Positions 19,307-27,606 of a DNA stretch of 64,000 nt are shown in pieces (position 1 is the stretch's first letter; each line of letters begins with the position of its first letter). The DNA is from Verrucomicrobiota bacterium. GTDB lineage: Bacteria; Verrucomicrobiota; Verrucomicrobiia; Limisphaerales; CANJSG01. Position numbers and translations under genes: made by a program. The notes under the pieces are model-generated. The model was not told the DNA's origin. It made no database searches and was given only the letters and a program-made list of their open reading frames with translations. The stretch spans positions 27,153 through 91,152 of the forward strand of contig JBBQXJ010000005.1 of NCBI GenBank assembly GCA_038209745.1, given 5' to 3'.

Positions 19307-21571
19307 TCACTGGTGGACCCGGTTGCCGGCGGGATCGATGATCGTCGCGGTGATGAGGACGAAGAGGTGTTTGGTCGTTCGAGTCGTCACGTCAGCGGCT
19401 TCGCCATCCGCCTTCACCCGACCGTGGACGGTGTTCGTATCCGTGGATGTCAAGCCGCCCACCAGCAACGATTGACCGTCCAAGATCCTCGCGGTCGAAG
19501 TAAAATAGCACGTGCGCATTCTGGGCAACGGCAACGTCCCCTTGATGGGTTCAGCCCCTCCGATGGAGCGCTCGGGAACAAACCCATTCGGATCGTCATA
19601 CCCGAGAAACTCGGAGTCCGTGGCGATGACCGTCAGTGCGAGGGTGAATCCATCGGCTTCCACGTAGGGAATCACGTCTAAAGTCGGACCAAATGGAATC
19701 GCACTGGTGTTGTAGGCGATGTCCGATGTTCCTAATGGCGAATTGGTCGATGAGACGCCGGTGACGACGGTCCTCAGTTCCAGCGTGGAGATCTGGGCTT
19801 GCCGTCCGGACAAGGTGGTCACCCTCGGCGCGGTGATGATCGAGGACCCTTTGGTTCCTTCCATGGATTTCAGGAGCTCGCGGGCCTGTTCTGGTGTGAG
19901 GATCGCTGCTTTTTCAGAATTTGCAGAGTCCACCCTGATTGTCGGGTTTGCCTCCTGGAATACCTTCGCCTTATTGGTTCCGGAGAGTTCCGGTTCGGCA
20001 ACCGGATGTGGAGTGAGTGCCGGCCAGTCCTTCGCCAACACCTTCATTCCCTCGTCGGAGACCTCGATCCTCTTTGCTTCGATCGTGATCTGGGGAGGAG
20101 CCGCATTGAGCACTTCAATCGCGGATTGAATGACCTCCAAATCGCTTCCCCAAGCCCTCACCATCAGTAGACCGGTTCGGTCGTTGAAAAACACCGCTTT
20201 GGGCGGAGTCAGGTCCACCCCCACTTGGGTGAAATAGCTCCTTACTAGGCTGTGGATATGGGCAGGCAGGGTCGTTGATGCTTCGAGCTTTTCCCCAATG
20301 TCTAGTTGGGACTCCGAAGTTTGTTTCTCTTCGCCAGTGCCAAGTTGGGGCTCAACTACGCTTTTCAAAGCCTGAACAAACGTATTCGGATCCACCTTGA
20401 AAACCCGTGTGACCAGGTTGGTGTCCTGCGGCTTTACCTCCTGCTTCAACGCGATGCTCGGCTCATCCCGATGCAACGCCTTGCCCACCTGGTTCACCGG
20501 AGAATCTCCGCCCGTTCGACAGGCGCTGAGGGCCACCATCGCCGCCCCGGCTCCAACGAGCGCAGCCGCACTCCATCTCCATCCCGGTTTCGGTAAACTT
20601 GGTGACTCTTCGGAGGATTCCAACAGCCGCTCGACCCGCAGGCCCAAGTCGGAGTGATCGCCATCGCCCGCTGCTGCCAGCATGGGCCACGGGGCGACCG
20701 GGCCCGGCTTTGCGGCCAAGGCCACCAAGGCTTCGGCCAAGCTGCCGTTGAGGGGACCGGCCAACCGACTCGCTTCGTCTGCCGCCAGTTCACAGGCGGT
20801 ATGCAGTCGCCGCCGAACCAGCCACACCGCCGGATGCCACCAGAGCAACGGCGCCAACACTTCGCCCAGACAGCGCCAGAGCGCGTCCAAGCCCGCGATG
20901 TGGGCGAACTCATGCGCCAGCACCGCGCGTTGATGATCCGGAGTGAACGCATCCGAGAAGTCCGACGGCAGACACACGACCGGCCGGAGCAGGCCAAAGG
21001 TCATGGGCGACGCCAACGCCCCTTGGCGCAGCTCAGGCGTCCGGTTCATCCCCAGTTGTTCCCGCACCTCCTTGGCGCGCTGGAGCAACTCCGTGTCGTT
21101 CACCGCTTGGAAGCGGCGGCGCACCAACGACAAAAGACCCAACGCCAGTCCACACCGCGCCAGCAGCAATCCGGTGCCCGCGATCCAACCCATCGCCAAC
21201 CACCCCGCGATCCGATCCTTGGACGCCGTGGCTGCGACCAATGGTTTCGCCACCAGAGAAACCGAGGAGGTGGACAGCACCATCGCCGCCCTTGGTGTCG
21301 TGGGCTGTTGCGAAGACGCCGCCGCGATGGCCGCCGCTTCGGTCGGTCTTTCAACCCGCTTCCACATCGGCGCCAAGGCTCCTCGGGCTCCGGTCCACTC
21401 CGCGAGCGCCACTCCTACCAACAACGTGGCTGTCGAAAGCCAGACCGCGCGCTGGATCTGGGCCCGCTCCAGTCGCCGCGCGAAGAGTTCGGCCAGGGCG
21501 ACGACCACCACTCCGGCGACGCCGAGGCCGGCGAGGGACAGGAACAACGGATTCCAGTCGGTCGGGTTCAT
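19307..21571 (-). CDS. M56 (BlaR1-like) metallopeptidase fused to a secretin (GspD/PilQ-like) domain
   Basis: N-terminal TMs, LAHEFAH, LLWWHP, CELAADE. C-terminal half has FFNDRTGLLMVR, PQITIEAK, APRVTTLSGRQA, GPTLDVIP, DGQSLLVGGL, FVLITATII. Confidence 0.85.
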   Translation of the reverse strand: MNPTDWNPLFLSLAGLGVAGVVVVALAELFARRLERAQIQRAVWLSTATLLVGVALAEWTGARGALAPMWKRVERPTEAAAIAAASSQQPTTPRAAMVLSTSSVSLVAKPLVAATASKDRIAGWLAMGWIAGTGLLLARCGLALGLLSLVRRRFQAVNDTELLQRAKEVREQLGMNRTPELRQGALASPMTFGLLRPVVCLPSDFSDAFTPDHQRAVLAHEFAHIAGLDALWRCLGEVLAPLLWWHPAVWLVRRRLHTACELAADEASRLAGPLNGSLAEALVALAAKPGPVAPWPMLAAAGDGDHSDLGLRVERLLESSEESPSLPKPGWRWSAAALVGAGAAMVALSACRTGGDSPVNQVGKALHRDEPSIALKQEVKPQDTNLVTRVFKVDPNTFVQALKSVVEPQLGTGEEKQTSESQLDIGEKLEASTTLPAHIHSLVRSYFTQVGVDLTPPKAVFFNDRTGLLMVRAWGSDLEVIQSAIEVLNAAPPQITIEAKRIEVSDEGMKVLAKDWPALTPHPVAEPELSGTNKAKVFQEANPTIRVDSANSEKAAILTPEQARELLKSMEGTKGSSIITAPRVTTLSGRQAQISTLELRTVVTGVSSTNSPLGTSDIAYNTSAIPFGPTLDVIPYVEADGFTLALTVIATDSEFLGYDDPNGFVPERSIGGAEPIKGTLPLPRMRTCYFTSTARILDGQSLLVGGLTSTDTNTVHGRVKADGEAADVTTRTTKHLFVLITATIIDPAGNRVHQ

Positions 21572-21951
21572 AGGTCTTTCTTTTTGTCGGCGATGAGTTT
21601 CTCCAAACGGGCCAGCTCCTTCGCGCTGATCTTCCGGTCCTTCAACAGATGGCTGACCAGGTCGGAGACGCTGCCCTGGAAGATCCTTTCCAGCAGATGG
21701 CTGGTCATCCCTTGGTTCACCTGCTCGGGCTGGACCACCGCGCGGTAGATGAAAGTGCGGCCCTCGTTGCGGTGCCCGACGAGGCCCTTCTCCTCCATCC
21801 GGCGGAGCAGTGTGGCCAGCGTGGTGTAGGCGTGGGCCTCCGTGCCCAACGCCTCATGCACGTCGGCCACCGAGGCCTCGGTGCGGGACCAGAGGAACTG
21901 GAGGATGCGATGCTGGAGATCGCCCAATCGATGGAGTCGTGGAGTCGGCAT
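21568..21951 (-). CDS. BlaI/MecI/CopY family repressor
   Basis: ILQFLW, YTTLATLLRRMEEKG, GRTFIY, FQGS; 4-bp overlap with the M56 gene. Confidence 0.93.
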   Translation of the reverse strand: MPTPRLHRLGDLQHRILQFLWSRTEASVADVHEALGTEAHAYTTLATLLRRMEEKGLVGHRNEGRTFIYRAVVQPEQVNQGMTSHLLERIFQGSVSDLVSHLLKDRKISAKELARLEKLIADKKKDL

Positions 21952-21967
21952 GGTGAACGACAGTAGT

Positions 21968-21987
21968 AATACTACCTGTGTAGTATT
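21968..21987. promoter_or_regulatory. BlaI-type operator palindrome AATACTAC-CTGT-GTAGTATT
   Basis: Perfect 8-bp arms 16 bp upstream of the blaI-like start. Confidence 0.8.
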
Positions 21988-22043
21988 GTCGGCAAGAGAA
22001 AAGAGCCGCCCGCTTCGATGGCTCGAAACGGGCGCTTCAAGTC

Positions 22044-22070
22044 AGGGCCGCGCGGCAACGCGGCCCTACC
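22044..22070 (-). repeat. GTAG-type REP-like hairpin
   Basis: Minus strand GGTAGGGCCGCGTTGCCGCGCGGCCCT. Confidence 0.55.
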
Positions 22071-22079
22071 GGGATGGGG

Positions 22080-23231
22080 TCAGGCTTTGACCTGTTTGAC
22101 CTTGGTCCACTTCTTGGTCTTGGCGGAGGAGAGCACGGCGTCGACCACGTAGTCGGTGGCGAGACCGTCCTTGAAGTCGGGTTTGGGCGCTTCGCCCTTC
22201 TCCAGGGCGCTGAGGAATTCGACGACCTGGTGGATGAAGCTGTGTTCGTAGCCGAGCTGGAGACCGGGCACCCACCAGTTGCCGGTGTAGGGATGGTCGC
22301 CATCGGAGACGTGGACGCTCTTCCAGCCCCGTTCGCGGCCTTCGTCGGCGTGGTCGAAGATCTGGAGGCGGTGCAGGTCGTGCAGGTCCCACTTCAGGGA
22401 CATGTGCTCGCCGTTGACCTCGAACGTGTAGAGCGCCTTGTGGCCTCGGGCGTAGCGGGTGGACTCGAAGAGGCCGAGAGACCCGTTGTTGAAGTGGCAG
22501 AGGAAGGAGCAGGCGTCGTCGATGGTGACCTTCTGGACCTTGCCGGTGAGGGTGTGCTTGCGCTCCTTGATGAATGTCTCGGTCATGGCCGTGACGTCCT
22601 TGATGCCGCCGTTGAGCCAGAGCGCGGTGTCGATGCAGTGGGCGAGCAGATCGCCGGTGACCCCTGAGCCGGCGGCCTTGGCATCGAGACGCCAGAGGCC
22701 GGCGCCGCCCTGCGGGAGATCGGGGCTGATGGTCCAGTCCTGGAGGAAATTGGCGCGGTAGTGGAAGACCTTGCCTAGCTTGCCTTCGTCGATGAGCTGC
22801 TTGGCCAGGGTGACGGCCGGGCAACGGCGGTAGTTATACCAGACCATGTTCGGCACTTTGGCCTTCTGCACGGCCTTGACCATGGCCTCGGCTTCCTTGG
22901 CATTCAGCGCGAGGGGCTTTTCGCAGAGGATCATCTTGCCCGCTTTCGCCGCAGCCAAGGCGATCTCGGCGTGGAGGTTGTTCGGGACGGCGATGTCGAC
23001 GATGTCGATGTCGTCGCGGGCGATGAGTTTCTTCCAGTCGGTCTCGATGGACTGGTAGCCCCATTTGTCAGCGAATTCCTGGGCCTTGGTGGCGTCGCGG
23101 GCGCAGACGGCTTGAAGGACGAGTTCGTAGCCGGAGGGGAAAAAGTGACCGACCTGGCTGAAGGCGTTGGAGTGGGCGCGGCCCATGAAGCCGTAGCCGA
23201 TGAGACCGATGCGGAGTTGTTTCTTTGCCAT
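22080..23231 (-). CDS. Gfo/Idh/MocA family oxidoreductase
   Basis: IGYGFMG, CEKPLA, GDLLAH. Confidence 0.92.
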   Translation of the reverse strand: MAKKQLRIGLIGYGFMGRAHSNAFSQVGHFFPSGYELVLQAVCARDATKAQEFADKWGYQSIETDWKKLIARDDIDIVDIAVPNNLHAEIALAAAKAGKMILCEKPLALNAKEAEAMVKAVQKAKVPNMVWYNYRRCPAVTLAKQLIDEGKLGKVFHYRANFLQDWTISPDLPQGGAGLWRLDAKAAGSGVTGDLLAHCIDTALWLNGGIKDVTAMTETFIKERKHTLTGKVQKVTIDDACSFLCHFNNGSLGLFESTRYARGHKALYTFEVNGEHMSLKWDLHDLHRLQIFDHADEGRERGWKSVHVSDGDHPYTGNWWVPGLQLGYEHSFIHQVVEFLSALEKGEAPKPDFKDGLATDYVVDAVLSSAKTKKWTKVKQVKA

Positions 23232-23315
23232 AATTAAATGGCCGCAAGGAGGCGCAAGAGGCGCAAAAAATTGCGGCTAGAGGTTCGGTGGTTCGGGATT
23301 GCTGAGAGTGTGTAT

Positions 23316-23660
23316 TTACGGACGGCGAACTTCACCACTGCGAAGTTCATGAAGAGCTAGGCGACACCGGATGGCCATCAGCGCAATTGCCGACCACAAT
23401 CCGGTAACGATCACAAGGCTGGCAACGAGGGCATTCGCTTCATGAACGCCCACCCAGTTCAAAAGGGCCATCAAGGGCGCATGGATCAGAAATGGAAGCC
23501 ACCCGATGAAATTCACCGGAATTCCTCCATGCCCTGCTCCCCAAATCAGATAGGGAGACACGACGACCAGCTCAACCAAAAGACCTATTCCAATCGCCTT
23601 CAAAAGCGACTACGCCATGCCCTCCTTTTGGAAGGTTTTCGGCTCATCCGAAGAGTTCAT
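23316..23660 (-). pseudogene. Small membrane protein gene with an in-frame TAG at 23610-23612 (alternatively an intact 95-aa ORF from TTG 23603)
   Basis: One frame reads MNSSDEPKTFQKEGMA*SLLKAIGIGLLVELV...; three hydrophobic segments. Confidence 0.45.
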
Positions 23661-23796
23661 AGGTGCCAGTGGAAGAGCTGTTTGGTCGAACTTTCGCTCG
23701 AACTGAAAAGAGGGCCGCGAAAGAAGACAGGGACGCAAAGAACGGGGCCTAATCGCGTTCTCTCCACGTTCCTTGCTTCCCTCGCGGCTAATTGGG

Positions 23797-24852
<1,056 letters not shown>

Positions 24853-25092
24853 AGATTGTTCCTGGGGACGGCCTTCGACGGTATCGGCGGAGTCGGGTCA
24901 ATCAATCCGAAAGTGTCGGACATTCGGGGGGGCGGTTCTTTGGCCTCTCCACGGGTCAGCATTTTCCCTTTGCTTTTAAGGAGGTGGGTCCCCGGTTTAA
25001 CGGCTTCCGACGGCCTCCTTTGCCGGGTTGTTCAAATCGTTGAACGACTTTCGCTCCGGTCCGTCGTGATTGGCTTTGCCAAACTCAGCCCG

Positions 25093-26175
25093 ATGACTCC
25101 ATTTCAGGAAATGACGAATGGCCGGATCTCATCTTTGTCCTTCTGGTGTCATCGCGGAGTGCTTCGTTTGGCCAGCTGGTTGCTGTTGGTCGCTGCGCTG
25201 CTCGCGGCCCGCGAAGTCAAGGCAGGTGGGCAGGGCCCGGTCTTGACGATGACAGAGGAGAACGACCTCTTTCTGAACACGGATCGCCACTACACGCAGG
25301 GGCTGAAGTTCACCTACATGTTCGGTGACGATGAGGTCCCTGACTTCGCCATCGGCTGGGCCACGAACCTTCCCTCCCTTGGCTACGAGGTGCAGCATGC
25401 CAAAGCCGGGTTCACCATCGGCCAGTCGATCTTCACCCCGGCGGACACCGCGACCACGGCGCTGATTCCGACCGATCGACCCTACGCTGGGTGGTTGTAT
25501 CTCGGGCTGATTCTGCAACGGAACGGAACGAACCAGTTTCTGGGGCAGATCTTCGGCCAGCATCGGTCGTTGGAGAACCTGGAGATCTCGCTCGGCGTGG
25601 TCGGCCCTTGGGCGCTGGGCAAGGAGGCCCAAACCTGGGTCCATCAGCTCCGGGGCTTCGATCTTCCCCAAGGCTGGAGCCACCAGTTGCGCAACGAGCC
25701 CGCGGTCCAGTTCCGCTACACCCGCATGTGGGACCATCGCTCACCGGAGGTTTGGGAGCCTTTTTCCATCGATCTCATCCCTCACTGGGGCGCCAGCCTT
25801 GGGACGGTCTATGTCTTCGGCAACGTCGGCGTCACGGTGCGGATGGGTCTCAACGTCCCCCTTGATTTCGGCACCTCGACCATCGACGCGCCCACGGTGG
25901 AGTCGGGCGAAGGGATCCGTCCAAAATGGGGGGTCTACGCGTTTTCCGGGGTCGACGGACGGGCGGTCGGCTGGAACACATTTCTCGACGGCAACGTCTT
26001 CCGCGACACCGACCATGTGGAAAAGCGGAACCTCGTCGGTGATTTCAAGGTAGGCGGTGTCCTGGTCCTTAAAAAGGTCGAACTTGGCTACACCTACATC
26101 CTCCGTTCCGCAGAATACGTGTCCCAGCAACAACGGGACGCATTTGGCTCCATCAGCCTTAAATGGAAGTTCTGA
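25093..26175 (+). CDS. LpxR/DUF2219-family outer-membrane beta-barrel (lipid A deacylase-like)
   Basis: EEND..DRHYTQG, GQSIFTP, DRPYAGWLY, QTWVH, GWSHQLRNE, terminal F; start uncertain. Confidence 0.85.
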   Translation: MTPFQEMTNGRISSLSFWCHRGVLRLASWLLLVAALLAAREVKAGGQGPVLTMTEENDLFLNTDRHYTQGLKFTYMFGDDEVPDFAIGWATNLPSLGYEVQHAKAGFTIGQSIFTPADTATTALIPTDRPYAGWLYLGLILQRNGTNQFLGQIFGQHRSLENLEISLGVVGPWALGKEAQTWVHQLRGFDLPQGWSHQLRNEPAVQFRYTRMWDHRSPEVWEPFSIDLIPHWGASLGTVYVFGNVGVTVRMGLNVPLDFGTSTIDAPTVESGEGIRPKWGVYAFSGVDGRAVGWNTFLDGNVFRDTDHVEKRNLVGDFKVGGVLVLKKVELGYTYILRSAEYVSQQQRDAFGSISLKWKF

Positions 26176-26199
26176 ACCCGGGGGGCCAACAACCTGTCC

Positions 26200-26405
26200 A
26201 AATGACCGTGAACCGACTGTGAACAACCGGCCCGGAATGGGAACAACCCGCTTTTAGGCTGGTTATCCAAAGTTGCTGCCCTCTTTCTTCACAGGCCGGA
26301 AGGGCCACGGAAGGCCCTTTAAACCTGAGGATTGAGTGGGTTGTTCGACTTATCGACACTGCTTAATAAGAGGTAGATTTTTAAAAAGAAACCTATTCAA
26401 CTAAG
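26200..26405. other. Putative replication origin region (DnaA-box cluster + AT-rich unwinding element)
   Basis: TGTGAACAA 26218, TGGGAACAA 26238, TTATCCAAA 26263, TTCTTCACA 26285, TTATCGACA 26350, then TAATAAGAGGTAGATTTTTAAAAAG directly before dnaN. Confidence 0.65.
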
Positions 26406-26410
26406 CCCCA

Positions 26411-27520
26411 ATGAATCTCGCGATCGCCAAAGACCAGCTCCTTTTGGGGCTTCAGTCGGTCCAGAACGTGGTGAACTCCCGCACCACGCTTCCGATCCTG
26501 TCCAATGTGCTGCTCAGGGCCACCGAGAATCGCCTGGAGCTGACCGCCACGGACTTGGACGTGACCATCTCATGCTCGGTAGAGGCCAAGGTCTCAAAAC
26601 CCGGTGCGACCACCATTCCGGTCAAAAAGCTCGTCGGCATCGCCCGGGAGCTCGGGACGCCCGAGATCGAGTTCTCCGTGGACGAGAAGAACGCGTGCTC
26701 CATCAGCGCCGGACCTTCCTTTTTCAAGATCAACGGTCTCTCGGCCGATGAGTTTCCCCCGTTTCCCCAGTTCAAGGAGAACAAGAAGGTCGTGCTGCCG
26801 CAGGAAAAGCTGCTGAGCATGCTCAAGAAAACCTCGTTCGCCATCTCCACGGACGAGTCCCGCTACGTCTTGAACGGCATTTTCCTCTCCCTCAAGGACC
26901 ACAAGGTCACGATGGTCGCCACCGATGGGCGCCGCTTGGCCATGGTGGAGGAAGAGGCCGACATCGCCGAGGGGAACCAGGGCGAGTTCATCATCCCGAC
27001 CAAGGCGGTCAACGAATTGACCCGGCTGCTGGGCGACAAGGGAGAGGTGGAAATCCGGTTCACCGACAACCAGGTCGCGTTCACCCTCAAGAACGACTCC
27101 GGCTTCACCGTTCTGCTCATTTCCAAACTGGTCGAAGGCAACTACCCGAACTACCGGCAGGTCATTCCCAGCGAGACCAAGGAGCGGGTGCCCATCGTCC
27201 GTGAAGAACTCCTCCAGGCGGTGCGCCGGGCGGAGATCATGACGAGCGACAAGGCCAACTCGGTGAAGTTCGCCTTCACCAAGAACAACCTGACGATCAC
27301 GGCCAACGCCCCGGAAGTGGGCGAGGCCAAGGAAAGCATCGCGATCAACTACAAGGGCAAGGACATCGCCATCGCCTTCAATCCCGGCTATCTGCTGGAT
27401 CCTTTGAAGGCGCTGACCGACGACGAAGTGTTCATCGAACTGATCGACGAGCTGAGCCCCGGCGTGATGAAGATCAACGGGCCCTTCCTCTATGTCGTCA
27501 TGCCCATGCGGTTGAGCTGA
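26411..27520 (+). CDS. dnaN: DNA polymerase III beta clamp
   Basis: TLPILSNVL, ATDL, ESRYVLNG, ATDGRRL, YPNY, VVMPMR. Confidence 0.98.
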   Translation: MNLAIAKDQLLLGLQSVQNVVNSRTTLPILSNVLLRATENRLELTATDLDVTISCSVEAKVSKPGATTIPVKKLVGIARELGTPEIEFSVDEKNACSISAGPSFFKINGLSADEFPPFPQFKENKKVVLPQEKLLSMLKKTSFAISTDESRYVLNGIFLSLKDHKVTMVATDGRRLAMVEEEADIAEGNQGEFIIPTKAVNELTRLLGDKGEVEIRFTDNQVAFTLKNDSGFTVLLISKLVEGNYPNYRQVIPSETKERVPIVREELLQAVRRAEIMTSDKANSVKFAFTKNNLTITANAPEVGEAKESIAINYKGKDIAIAFNPGYLLDPLKALTDDEVFIELIDELSPGVMKINGPFLYVVMPMRLS

Positions 27521-27537
27521 GGCCCCGAAAACGAAGG

Positions 27538-27570
27538 AAGCCGTCCGGTGAATCCGGACGGCTTTTTCTT
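27538..27570 (+). terminator. Rho-independent terminator of dnaN
   Basis: AAGCCGTCCGG-TGAAT-CCGGACGGCTT + TTTCTT. Confidence 0.85.
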
Positions 27571-27606
27571 TGTTGGAAAAAAGATGAGGAAGAGCACGCT
27601 CCGCGG

